A stretch of DNA of 63,941 bases, the filler included, from Octopus bimaculoides (lineage: Eukaryota), in NCBI RefSeq assembly GCF_001194135.2. It is 5 parts of 5 records of this genome, joined end to end, with 100 filler letters (N's around TTAATTAATTAA, not from the genome) between each part and the next. Parts side by side here need not be neighbours in the genome. Positions count along the whole stretch, not along the records: positions 1 to 15,828 come from NC_068984.1; positions 15,929 to 31,433 come from NC_068996.1; 3 more parts are not named here. One strand, written 5' to 3'. Within the stretch, counting starts at the first letter, position 1; each line of letters opens with the position of its first letter. Below, piece by piece: positions 12,445 through 24,570 of the stretch. Position numbers and translations under genes: made by a program. The notes below the pieces were generated by a model that had not been told where the DNA came from, made no database searches, and was given only the letters and a program-made list of their open reading frames with translations.

Positions 12445-12564
12445 GCCCAGTCTACCGGTGACATTGATACTGTTAACATTCTGCTTCGGCAGTTGCAGGA
12501 AAGACGTGCAGGAAGTAGAATTGTAAGGGACGACGTTCTGGATGGTAAAACTTGGGTGGAGTGA
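12445..12564 (+). CDS. Candidate second coding exon (AQSTGDIDTVNILLRQLQERRAGSRIVRDDVLDGKTWVE*); exon continues to a donor at 12575
   Basis: Acceptor CCCTCGTAG|, phase 0 matches exon 1, GC-rich open frame, strong donor GAG|GTGAGT 11 nt after the stop. Confidence 0.5.
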   Translation, partial: AQSTGDIDTVNILLRQLQERRAGSRIVRDDVLDGKTWVE

Positions 12565-12804
12565 GAGGTTTCGAGGTGAGTGAGTGTAATCGATACAGAT
12601 GAGAGCCGAGAATGAAACGAAGAGCTTTGGATGCGATTTTGTGTCTTCGATTATAGCATCAATATTTATTTTTGTATTAAAATTATTTATTGAATGGAGG
12701 TGTTGGATTTTTTAAACGGATTTCTGAAAGTTAATTCATGTTACGTTTAAAGAATCGAGTAAATAATTCACGACCTCCTGAAGTGACTGTCTTTTTCCTT
12801 ACAG

Positions 12805-13018
12805 AAAATCAAAGAATTAAATTGTTTGTTTATCTCATAATGGTTCAGTGGGAAATGGCAGACGGGAAGTACTGTTCTATGATGTTGGAATGGACACTTT
12901 AGTTTATCTTCAATTTGCCTGGGTAGTTAGAAAAAGGATCACCACCGTCCAGATTGTGCCTAACTCCTTGTCACCTCATAGACGAAGCACCTATAGAATT
13001 TTCTGGAGAGATATAAAG
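12805..13018 (+). other. Candidate exon (3' UTR, or start of a second ORF at ATG 12890)
   Basis: Strong acceptor CTTTTTCCTTACAG|, possible donor AAG|GTGGGT; only one frame stays open through to that donor. Confidence 0.4.
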
Positions 13019-13569
13019 GTGGGTTACCTTGCTGAAGCATACAACAAGAATTAAACTCTGTACTGCAAACGAAGGAACAGGGTGTTTTGGCTATAATTGA
13101 TTGTGTAAAAATCCTTCATCTGACGCTATATTATCTAGGCTATGTTTCATCTTTCAAACATAAGTTACCAATACAATTTGGAAAACAGCAGAATTTGAAT
13201 GGTTGCATAAGTGTCTTAAGGACGAAAAAATGTTTGGCAATACATTTTGTGGATGCAAGCATGGCTGTATAGATAAGAAATTTGCTTTGCAACTACAGGT
13301 TTTGAGTTTGAGCCTACTGTGTGAGCCTTGGACACTTTTCTTCTGTCTTAGTTTCAGGTTAAAGCTGTCTGAATGTAAGTTGGTAGACAGAAGCACTGGA
13401 TGCCTGTTGGAGGGAACCATTCCTGTTCTGATATGGTCAGCAGCTAGCTGACTGCTCTTAGCAGAGTCCGCTCTGTTGCAAGCATTTGGGCCCAGTCCTT
13501 CAGTCATGGCAGCCTCTGACTAACTCATTGAAAAAGCAAAAACACTAAAGGAAATCGTTCATCTCCACT

Positions 13570-14405
13570 TTAATCTTCTAGAAATGTTTATCTGCAAGAG
13601 AGATGACTGTGCTGGTATAGTCATGTGTCGAGAATGGATGAGGATAGCTGTGTGAAAAAGTGCCACACCCTACTGGTTGAGGGAACCTGTGGAAGAGGTA
13701 GACCCAGGAAGACCTGGGATGAAATGGTGAAGCACGACCTTCGAACATTAGGCCACACTGAGGCAATGACTAGTGACCAAGACCTTTGGAAATATGCTGT
13801 GCATGAGAAGATCTGGCAAGCCAAGTGAGACCATAACCTGTGGCCTATGCCAGGGGTGTAACCAGTCCACTTCTGCATACCTTTCCTTCATTGGACACTA
13901 AACTCCACTTGCAAAGACCTGTTGAGGCAAGTGAAATCGAATCAAATCGAATTCGCAAATTCAATGACTGGCACCCGTGCCAGTGGGGCGCTAAGAGCAC
14001 CATGTGAGTGTGATCGCTGCCAGAGAAGCTGACTGGCTTATGCGCTGGTGGCACGTAAAAAGCAACATTCGAACGTGTTCATTACCAGCGTCGCCTTACT
14101 GGCACGTGAAAAAACATTCAAGCGAGGTCGTTGCTAGTGCCGCTGGACTGGCTCCTATGCAGGTGGCACGAAAAAATACCACTTGAGTGTGGCCGTTGCC
14201 AGTTCCGCCTGACTGGCCCTTGTGCCTGTGGCACGTAAAAGCACCCACTACACTCTCGGAGTGGTTGCCGTTAGGAAGGGCATCCAGCTGTAGAAACTCT
14301 GCCAGATCAGATTGGAGCCTGGTGCAGCTATCTGGTTTTCCAGTCCTCAGTCAAATCATCCAACCCATGCTAGCATGGAAAGCGGACGTTAAATGATGAT
14401 GGTGA
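13570..14405 (+). mobile_element. RTE-clade LINE 3' end with long 3' UTR
   Basis: GHVSRMDEDSCVKKC..GRGRPRKTWDEMVKHDL..W; 3' UTR with GGCACGTAAAA repeats; ends GGACGTTAAATGATGATG. Confidence 0.85.
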
Positions 14406-15059
14406 TGACATAAATGTGAAGTATTTCATTGTTCAAGGATGCAGTGAGTTATTAGACACACCAGAATGCCTCATAATACTTACAAAGCAATACATTATAT
14501 TTAGATCATTGCTAGAATACTTAAGATGATATAAATTTTGAGATCTAGATATCGGCAGCTTTTTAGTAATAAATCTTTCAAAAGGAATAAATTTACTATT
14601 TTCTGTGCTTGCATGAAAATATAGAATAAAGAATCTGATATATTGCTTAGTTCTGGTTTATTGTTGAAACTTAATTACTTAATTTCAGTAGGACATTAGA
14701 ATAATCTCTTATTCTTGTATGTGGCAATGTGCTAGTGATTATCTCTTATGGAATTAACACCTGACATTTTTTTTTCCTGAAAAGGTATTGTCTGACAAAA
14801 TATTTCTTTTTCACCTTACTGTTTGAAGTAGTGAACTGAATCACCTTATGGTATTTGTCTTCAATAAAGAACAAAAGTATCCAATAGTGAAAACATTAAT
14901 GAAAGTATTTAATTGAAAGATTTTTCACTTTGTGTTCCTAAAGTCTGCCCGTTTTTTCATTTTAATCTGTGGTACCCAAAACTGATGACTCTTAAAAGAA
15001 TTAAGGTTGTAGACAAGTAAATCTGACCTCTTTTGTGACCATGTTTCTAGTAACATCCA

Positions 15060-15230
15060 TCATCATCATCATCATCATTTAACATCTGTCTTTTATGCTG
15101 ACATGGGTTGGATGACTCCAATGTCTGCTTTGGCATGGTTTCTATAGCTGAATGCCCTTTCTAATACTAACCACTTTACAGTGTGTACTGAGTGCTTTTT
15201 TTTGTAGCAATGACACTAGTGAGGTCACAA
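15060..15230 (-). mobile_element. RTE 3'-end fragment
   Basis: (CAT)n followed by the reverse complement of the 14250-14400 tail. Confidence 0.75.
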
Positions 15231-15606
15231 AAAAGCCCCTTAATTGCATGGAGGTGTAGTAGAGAGATAAGTGACTGAGAGGCTAAAATTTTGATAGAGA
15301 CTGGAAGAGGTGTTGTGTTGTAGGGGAGCTATATGCTACCTCATATTATATAATGGTGGGTGGGAATAGCTGTAAAGGGAGATAAAGGTGACAGGGCTTA
15401 CTCTCAAAGTACAAGTATAAGAGAGTCGACAGAGGATTGGGTAGGGTGGATGGGTAAGAGTGTTAGAGGGGAGTGACAGATGGTTAGAGATAGGAGTAGA
15501 GGTATGCAAGTATTTGATGGGGATTTTATTAAATAATTCAGTTGGTAATTATTTAGCTGGTTTTTGGAAAATATTTCTTGCATAAAAGTAATGGAGAGTT
15601 TGGTTT

Positions 15607-15828
15607 CATCATCATCGTTTAACGTCCGCTTTCCATGCTAGCATGGGTTGGACGATTTGACTGAGGACTGGTGAAACCGGATGGCAACACCAGGCTCCAG
15701 TCTAATTTGGCAGAGTTTCTACAGCTGGATGCCCTTCCTAACGCCAACCACTCTGAGAGTGTAGTGGGTGCTTTTACGTGTCACCCGCACAAAAACGGCC
15801 ACACTCGAAATGGTGTCTTTTATGTGCC
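15607..15828 (-). mobile_element. RTE 3'-end fragment, young-looking
   Basis: CATCATCATCGTTTAACGTCCGCTTTCCATGCTAGCATGGGTTGGA, reverse complement of the 14350-14400 tail. Confidence 0.85.
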
Positions 15829-15928
15829 NNNNNNNNNNNNNNNNNNNNNNNNNNNNNNNNNNNNNNNNNNNNTTAATTAATTAANNNNNNNNNNNNNNNN
15901 NNNNNNNNNNNNNNNNNNNNNNNNNNNN
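15829..15928. other. Assembly spacer N44-TTAATTAATTAA-N44 (12-mer also at 31478, 60209, 62464)
   Basis: Identical 12-mer with stops in all six frames, centred in 100-bp N blocks. Confidence 0.95.
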
Positions 15929-15991
<63 letters not shown>

Positions 15992-16258
15992 CACACATAT
16001 GCACACACATATACTTTAGAGTTGAGACTCAAAATGGATAGAGTAATAATAAAATGTAAAATAGTAAGTAAAAAATCTTATATATGTGTATGTGTTTTGT
16101 ATGTGTGTGTGTATTGTGTGTGTGTGTTTGTGTGTGTGATGCGCGTGTATGCAAAGTAAAGTGGCTACTGCATTTTTATAGCAGAATTAACGGCCACAAC
16201 AATGTCAACGACGACAAAAGCGAAACAAGAATGTAATCAATAATAATAATAATAATAA

Positions 16259-16334
<76 letters not shown>

Positions 16335-17759
16335 CGAAGACAAGTGCAGCAGCAGAAACAACAGTGTGCTTCGTCGTCGATTACTAGAAGAGGAACAATA
16401 TGATAATGATGACGACATTGAATAATGCTTACAATGTGGTTCTTTTTTTTTTGAGACAGNNNNNNNNNNNNNNNNNNNNNNNNNNNNNNNNNNNNNNNNN
16501 NNNNNNNNNNNNNNNNNNNNNNNNNNNNNNNNNNNNNNNNNNNNNNNNNNNNNNNNNNNNNNNNNNNNNNNNNNNNNNNNNNNNNNNNNNNNNNNNNNNN
16601 NNNNNNNNNNNNNNNNNNNNNNNNNNNNNNNNNNNNNNNNNNNNNNNNNNNNNNNNNNNNNNNNNNNNNNNNNNNNNNNNNNNNNNNNNNNNNNNNNATA
16701 TATATATATATGTATGTATATATATATATATATATACATACATATATATATATATACACACACGCGCACACGCGCACGCACACACACACACGCACGCGCG
16801 CACGCACACGCGTACGCACACACACATAATGTACCTAGTTTAGTACCATGTAATGTGTACATCGTAGATGGAAGTGGTTAACGTAGCTGTTATATTTATG
16901 ATTATAGAGGTCAGTGGTGCCATTAAATTTTAATAGAAATGATCAATGGAGCCATTATGTTTAAAAGTGGTAATCAGATAGAGAAATAAAAGGAACAACA
17001 AAACAAAACAAAATGCTAAATCCTAAACAAAGCCTAAGAGACATATATCTGAAATTCAAAAGTGATAAACAAATGGAATATTCAAATATGAGCAAATAAT
17101 CTGCGTCAATGTCTCATCAAAAAGAAAAAAAAAACAACAACGATAGAAACGGCAGCAACAAAACAACAGCAAGAAAAAAAAAAGACAAACACATTAAAAG
17201 AAAAAGCCAACAAACTATGCTTGACAACATGAAGATTAAGTGGAGACAGATTGCAGAGAGACAAAAGAGTTGTATAGATATTAAATAGAAAGTAACCATA
17301 ACACATCGGCAAGAACGAGTGAGCTTAAATAAAGAATTCAAAGACGAGACAATACATCATCTACAAAATACAGCAGAATTGTGAACAACGACACAAGTAA
17401 AACAAAGATAGAACTACTGGAAACGTAATATATAAACAAATAAAATAAAATATAAGAAAGAATATAGAACTATTGAAAACATCAAAAAACAATCTATTGT
17501 CAATGACTAAGCTAGTTCTTCCCCTCTGCTCATCACTTTGATGAAGTGCCACTGGATTAGTTAAGATTTTCAATCATTAAATCAGAGCTTAAAACCCGAA
17601 ACGTTTGTATATCATACCCAAACGAAGTTATTTCCTCAGAACGGCTGAAAATAGTGATTTGGGGCTTGACTTTAAGGTCTCGTTCATTTTAAAATATAAC
17701 TTATTATATATAGATCGACACTACTGCATAAACATTATGACGTTATCATACATCACTCT

Positions 17760-17975
17760 AAGGCGGTGAGCTGGCAGCATCGTTCGTACGCCGGGCAAAA
17801 TACTTAGCGGCGTTTCGTTCGTCTTTATGTTCTGAGTTCAAATTCCACCGAGGTCGAATTTGCCTTCCGTCCTTTCAGGATCGATAAGTTAAGTACCAGT
17901 TGAGTACCGGGGTCGGTGTAATCGACTTAACCTCACCTTGCTGGTCTTGTACCTATAGTAGAAAGGATTATCATA
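17760..17975 (+). mobile_element. SINE family A
   Basis: AAGGCGGTGAGCTGGCAG...TTCTGAGTTCAAATTCC...GAAAGGATTAT. Confidence 0.9.
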
Positions 17976-18039
17976 GATCATTCCAGCGCTACTATATGAG
18001 ACAGGAACATTCCATTAAGCACACCAACGCTGCTATAAA

Positions 18040-19410
18040 TGGGGTCGGCTTGGAAGCAAGGTCACTTGGTTAACAGCCTTAGATATAGATGTAGTAGCAA
18101 TCAACAAAACCAAGATTTCTGAGACTCATGCACTAATCTACGTCTTTGACGCTACGATGCATATGCATATTTTGGATAAAAAGGAGTGACACTGTTGTTT
18201 CTTCATGCAAATAATCTATGCTCTGACAGAAGAAAGTAGGCTGGATTTCTTCAGGCTTCTTGAAGTACTTGGGATGCCTCATTTTTTTCATACAAGTAGG
18301 AAACTGGAACAGTATCTTAGACGCGTAATGGGATTACATGAAACTAGCCGATAAGAGAGGGGTTTCAAAACCTGCTTAACTGTTTTCGATTGTCTGACAG
18401 CTACCAACTGGATTTCCTGAGTGTGTCAATGTATGTTTAGTAACTGCTTAGTGTCTCCTAGATCGTATCAAGAAGGGTACCTATTAAATCAGTCACGGAG
18501 TTTAGATATGATGTCTACAATTTAATTGTAGTCAGCTATACAAACATTTGAGATCTGCACAGTCAATCTAGATAGGACTCGAAGAAAGGGACTTGGTTAT
18601 TGGATGTTAAGCGAATATTTTCCAAGAGTATTTTAGTTAAGCATCAGTGCGTCAGTTGACGGAGAAGTCGTCCACAATCGGTGATATCACGCCTGTGGTA
18701 AATTTTAAGAACAAAAAGAAATGAAAAAAAAAAATAACGGTTGAGAAAGATAGATTAGAAGAGGAGTTAGTGAGTGTACTAGAAGTGGCAATTAGAAAAG
18801 GTATTGTAAATGAGGTGCAAGCGGTGACTATTTCTTTAATGCAGAACACGAAAGTTGCATAAGGAACAAAAGCTATTCGACAGGCCCGGCTGGCAGTAGA
18901 GCAAGTGATACCAACAGATGGACCAGGACGGGTGTATGGTACTTAATTCTAAATCGATGTGTGCGGCTTTCGAACACTTTGATCAACGTTTTGAGGAGGG
19001 AGATTGGACGAAGATAGTAGTCAGTTTTGGTGTCTATCTCAATGGCTCACTGCAACTTATGGCACATGCGGAGTTCTGCAAAAGACTGATAACAACAATT
19101 GATCAAAGGATGGCGGTAAATCTGCTCTAAACATCTTCCACACATAGGTTAGATTTGTTCTGCGACCTATTTCAAGATGTCTTTTTGCAAGCGCCAGCAA
19201 AGCGGAAGACTTTCCTGCTCTATGAGTCGAGGAGTGATAGCATGGCTAAGGAAGGACGCAAACAAGAGGGACATGATTTATAAAATTTCCTTTGCAGAGT
19301 GTAAAATTTTTGCCAGTGCCAAGACGTTGGCGAGAATGTTGACGTTTGTTGACTAAAGTGTAGTCGGCAATGCGCAAACATGCACAACCCATTTCTAAAG
19401 GAACTCAAGA
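18040..19410 (+). mobile_element. Tx1/L1-like LINE ORF2 remnant (APE endonuclease, linker, RT start)
   Basis: LDIDVVAINKTK; VGNWNSILD; MCAAFEHF..VSFGVYL; SRGVIAWLRKDANKRD..KIFA..LARML...VGNAQTC; many stops and frameshifts. Confidence 0.75.
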
Positions 19411-19589
19411 GAAGAGCAATTATATATAAATGTAATAACTAAATTTAAAAACCCTCGTTGCGGATGAAATAAAAATGTAATCACATTCCTTCTATGCTTT
19501 TTATGTGCGGAATGAAGAACTGGGGAGTCTTCTGGGAGACTACTTCATTATTTTGTGATTCTGACTCCTTATGACTACTGTATATAATA

Positions 19590-19745
19590 ATTAAATATTC
19601 TATGTCCTGGGTATGACCTTAACTGCATCCGGTACTGAGGCTAAGGTTCGGGAGTTTCAGGGTTTGGAGGAGTATGGCACTACCTCTTAACCATTATTGT
19701 TCTCAGGTCTACTATGACTCGAAGTAGAAGCACATGTCAGTGATC
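19590..19745 (+). repeat. Dispersed repeat, SINE-like; second copy on minus strand at 29505-29672
   Basis: Both share TGTCCTGGGTATGAC..TGCATCCGGT.. Confidence 0.65.
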
Positions 19746-20180
19746 TCAGATAACTAAATGTAGATGTTGTACAATCAGCATGACAAGGTGTATATATTTC
19801 AAAGTCGACCTTCTTCAAGAGATGGAGTGGCAGAAAGGTCTGGATCTTGTGATATGGACCATAATCTAGGATTCAAAGGACAATCGTCCTGCACATGATC
19901 AACAATGAAGACCACACTTTCAGGTTAGTCACCGTTTATTCTCCAACAGAAGCAAAGTTGCCACTTTTCTTCCGATATTAAGAAGACTTCTTACGAATGT
20001 CCAACTCATTAGAGCTCGCGAGACAATGGAATGCTATTTCTGACTCACAATGAGATTGTGCGGCTTGTCGATAGAAGAGTGGGTTCAACAACTTCACAAA
20101 CTTGTCCAGACGTTTTGACAGGTACTCTGACATACTCATTAAGTTACCCGAGAGCATCAATGTGGATGAATCAACTTCAA
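19730..20180 (+). mobile_element. Second Tx1-like APE endonuclease fragment
   Basis: LNVDVV; HTFRLVTVYSPT..FFRY.EDFL..QWNAISD. Confidence 0.7.
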
Positions 20181-20339
20181 TAGTTGTTGTATAAAGCTCT
20201 ATTCTATTTTCTTGAGAACAGCATAGCACTATAATTTTTTCTTTATTTCTATTATTTTGATGTCAATAAACTCACGAGTTCAGATGTTTTACGTTAAATT
20301 CGTTTCTCCGCAATTTATAGTCATGAACTCTCAATACAA

Positions 20340-22320
20340 GTCTAGTACAGATATTATTTTGGAAAAAAATACACATTCATTAAGAAACCTCCAGAACCAT
20401 TCCCATAAAAAATAAAATAATAAAAAATGCCATCAACTTATGGGAAACCGTTGGTGACCTTCAGCTAGACTATACAAGTTTTTTATAGTAAAGGATACAT
20501 GCTACATATTTAAATACCATATGAGGACCTGTGCGCTTCACTATGAACTAAGGCAACTCTGATTTTCACTTACAAAGTGAAAAGCAACAACCTTATGGTA
20601 ACTATTTATAGACATGGAGTAAAGTAACTTCGCTATGCGGAACCACACATAGGATACAAATTGTAAATCTCTTGCCTTATAGTCCAGAACCCTATATATT
20701 CAGTAATCTATGACCCATAAAAGTTGATAGATTACTGAATTCGTGTACGAGAGTTGACAAGTCAATATATACAAGAAGCAGGCATACTAAGCACTGGAAA
20801 TTCCTTCAACCGTGATACACATTGTATACTACGACAACATCACGGTTTGAGAACTCACTCAGATAAAGAATACAGGCCAAGAAGAATTGGTCATATCAAT
20901 GAGCTACCAACGAAAACTCATACACACGCGACATAATAATCCAACTGCTTGTTCCAATCCTGTACAACACACTCGATCAAATAAGCCTAGTAACAGATAC
21001 AGGAATCAGGATGTCTTCTGGTTCAACCCGATTTTCGCTTCGCATGTTTCAACCAAGATCGCTGCTTTGGACAGGTGTTTTCCTAAATCTAATCGGTATT
21101 ATGGTATTTTTAATCGACACACCATGAAGGTATCCTACGCCAACTCTGCTAATTTAGAGCAGCTTATGCATCGCATGATCAATAGCAAAATACGGCAAAG
21201 GTTCAATAACCCACCTACTGGATCTAGCGAACATTTGCATCTAAATACCAACCAAGGAGATGTAAACCGCAATGATAAACACCAATTACGATCAATTTGT
21301 AGTAGTAGAGATACTTATGATACAACTAGCACGATAACAACGCCGGTAAATGGAGTCGGGACTGTCTAATATACAAATAAGTACGATAAATGCTCATGCA
21401 GAGAAAGATTAAAATGTCCTTTGATGAGTACAAATGTCCTATGAGTACAAATCTTGTGTATAAATGTACCGTGCACACAAGGTGCGGGCCGTATGTTTAC
21501 ATTGGGCAGACAGCTGATTCATTTAAGAATCGTTATCGTAACCATGTTGCCAGCTTTAAGACAACCAATAAAAGACATTCAACATCTTTGGCAGATTTTG
21601 TATGGCGACTGGAGGAGGATAAAATGAAGTACAACATAAATGATTCGCGAAACCATGCAATATAATTTCCAGGAGATGCTGTCTCTGCTCCGATGAATCC
21701 CTGTCTATTCTATGAACTAACGAGAAGATCATTAACAGAATTTCTGATGCCTACACGCATATAAATGTAGTTTCGCACAAGGTAGTAGGAATGAATTTTG
21801 AATAACCATTAACATAATTTAATTTACTTTAAGGTATGGATGACTTAAGTTTACTTTTAACCTTCCCATTCTTACAAACACCAAGTAGATAGTCAACTTG
21901 CTTTGTGATCATGAGTGCACCAAACCACACGTGTGCATATGCTTACATTTTTGCGGATGCTTATATGAGCAAGTGTACTCACGCCATGCAGCTTTCCGAG
22001 GGCGTCTATACATCCATATTTGTTAATGGTTATTTTTAATACTTTTCTCGCTGGATTGCGTGTTCGTTTCTATTTTTGCCATCTGTGATTTTATTTTGGA
22101 TCTTCTATATAAATAAAGATATTTCCTCCGTCTGGTTGCTTTTCTTTCTACAAAACGGGAAGTTACATTGCGGAACAGTTATTTTAACGAATTGTATTTA
22201 TTTATCATCCGACGAGACACATTTGCACTGTTGGATGCTCCTGAAACAGTTGTTGAGTGTTCCACCCATGAGGAATCGATGCTCGATATGTCGAAACAAT
22301 TGTCGTGATTAATAATAAAT
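20340..22320 (+). mobile_element. Penelope-like element remnant (RT thumb, GIY-YIG endonuclease, 3' terminal region)
   Basis: DVFWFNPIFASHVSTKI..CFPK..IFNRHTMKVSY; VYKCTV..VYIGQTADSFKNRYRNHVASF..STSLADFVWRL; hammerhead-like motifs at 22204-22310. Confidence 0.88.
22204..22310 (+). ncRNA. Tandem pair of degenerate minimal hammerhead-like motifs
   Basis: CCGACGA(22209)..GAAA CAGTTG TT; CCCATGA(22265)..GAAA CAATTG TC GTGAT. Confidence 0.5.
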
Positions 22321-22745
22321 TCTGGTATATTCCATCTACTGTCTTTCATTTACCATATGCATAACAATTACTGTGAAAGTGACCATGCTTTACCAGTAAG
22401 CTACCAGCTGTAAACCATTTATTTTATTATCCAATATATATATACATACACACACAGACATATATATATATATATATACATACACACCGTGAAACGAATT
22501 ACCAGTCAACTACCAGCTGTAAACCATTCATTTTATTATCCATTATATATATACACAGACATATATATACATATATATACATACACACACACATACACAC
22601 ATACATATAGGTTAGAGAGAGATTTTCTCTATATAGAATACACTTCGAAGTGCTCAAGAGATTTGGACTTGAGCCGGTAGGTGAGTAAATGTAATGCGAA
22701 GCAAGTTAGGCAAGTCGATTCACACAGAATATTAAATACGTTTGA

Positions 22746-23064
22746 TAGAAAAAATGTACATGTTTATGGTAATAAAATAGTCCGACTTACAGAATATAAA
22801 TAATATCAGGAGTTAAATGGGTAGAGTTTTACGAATCCAATAGCTGTTTCTGTGGGCTTGCTGGTCTGGAATAGTGATAGTTTCTTGGATCCATTATCGG
22901 ATAACAACGCCTCTCCTGAAGACGGGGGAGGAGTTATCCGATAATGGATCCAATGGATCCCCCAGAAACAGCTGTTGGATTCGTAAAACTCTACCCATTT
23001 AACTCCTGATATTATTTATATTCTGTAGGTCGGACTATTTTGTACACATGTACATTTTTTTCTA
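22746..23064. repeat. Long inverted repeat (foldback) with nested 21-bp inverted repeat
   Basis: Arms about 22746-22852 and 22963-23064 are nearly complementary; 22885-22905 and 22933-22953 are perfectly complementary. Confidence 0.92.
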
Positions 23065-23995
23065 TTAAATTTATTATATATATAGGTGCTCCTTCCCACA
23101 GTGGTGCCCCAGCATGACCGCAGCTGCATGGATGAAACGAGTAAAAGAGTAATATGTATATGTGTATGTTTATAGAAATGAGTATGACGAAATAACTGTT
23201 TCTTAGCCATGAAACGAATTTAAAACCAGGAGACAACTGCGCAAGGCACTGTTTATTTATATACGCAACTTTTAATCTTTTTTTCCTAAAAGAGAAATAT
23301 ATTTTTATATTTTAGAGATGAAACACATCATAAAATCAATTCTTGGAAATTATTTGCTTTTCATCAAAGTTATAACAGGTAAAATTGTTACGGTTTCGAC
23401 GAGAAACAAATTTTTCCTAGTTTATAAGTTTTGACGAGGAATAATGTTTAATTTCCTATGTTCTAATCCCACTATTTTCAGAATATAACTTGTAACCAAT
23501 TACGTTAAAACTTGAAGAATCAATTTTGCGTAATTTAAAGGTCTAAATGTCCTTTCACAACAACTAACCCCATCCAAATTGAATTTCGAAAGATTTTCGC
23601 TTCTACTTCACCATTCACTCCACCTATTACTACGTCACTATCTCAGAAGCCAAAACCATTCTAACAATTCTATTAGAATCGTATGAATGCAGCAAATTTA
23701 AACACAAATAAATGTTTGCATTTGAATAATTTAGTCGACAGAGGTAGGTAGATATTAAAAACAGAAATGCATTTGAACTGTTGAGCTCTGGGAAGTAAAC
23801 AATACTTGGTTGATTTGAATTCTGATAATTACAAAGAAATCAGACAGGATATATGTCTACTATTTACGTATAATAGCGTAATGACATCGACGAAACAGCA
23901 CAGAAATTGCCTGTTCTAATATCATTATCTCTTAAATTGAGCACAGCATTTGCGTGTGAAACATAACTATCTAATGTTGCTATTAATGTCACCAG

Positions 23996-24110
23996 GTGAC
24001 CTGGACACAACTACCGGGACGGAATGTATTCTCTTTTGAATTGAGAACTAAATGGCTTCAAAGGACATTCACAAGACACAATTGTTCTGGATATATTATT
24101 GCAGAGAAAG
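23996..24110 (+). CDS. Weak candidate internal exon (VTWTQLPGRNVFSFELRTKWLQRTFTRHNCSGYIIAEK)
   Basis: Acceptor AATGTCACCAG|, donor AAG|GTGAGG, single open frame; no recognised homology. Confidence 0.3.
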
Positions 24111-24570
24111 GTGAGGTTAATGTAGATAAACAAGTCTAATGTTTCAGTTCTTCTGTTTAAATAGCTACATTGAGAACCATCATATTTTGATGAGGAACAT
24201 ATCAAAAGTTGTCAACAGAGAATTAATGAATGTTTTCAGCCTATAATGTGTACGATATAGTGGATTACAAGATAAACTCCAATTCTGTTTTCCAATTAAA
24301 AAACTATAGAAGATTCATGAAGAGTCAATTTGACCCATTAATTCAGAAAATGATCACTGAAAAATGTAATTTTTTCTGTGAACTCCTATAATAAAAATAG
24401 CTGTAGATATACTATGAATACTTTATATTTTAAGTTTCTTTGCTCTGTTAATGTGCAAATATGATTAACATTTCTTTATGACGCCATGAACATGCATTCA
24501 TTCACTTATTCCAATTGTATATATTGAAATTGTGTTTAAATTATTATCTACCAAGTATTGTTTGCTGTAG

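Noticed and set aside
12562-12564. TGA as possible selenocysteine codon
   Set aside because: Read-through adds only about nine residues and no SECIS-like element was seen
15873-15884. TTAATTAATTAA palindrome recurring four times (also 31478, 60209, 62464)
   Set aside because: Always centred in a 100-bp N block; an assembly spacer with six-frame stops, not biology
17536-17612. TTGATGA...CCCGAAACGTTTG after a possible GIY-YIG tail; also CTGATGA on minus at about 26394
   Set aside because: No pairing stem II or stem I; the second has no GAAA
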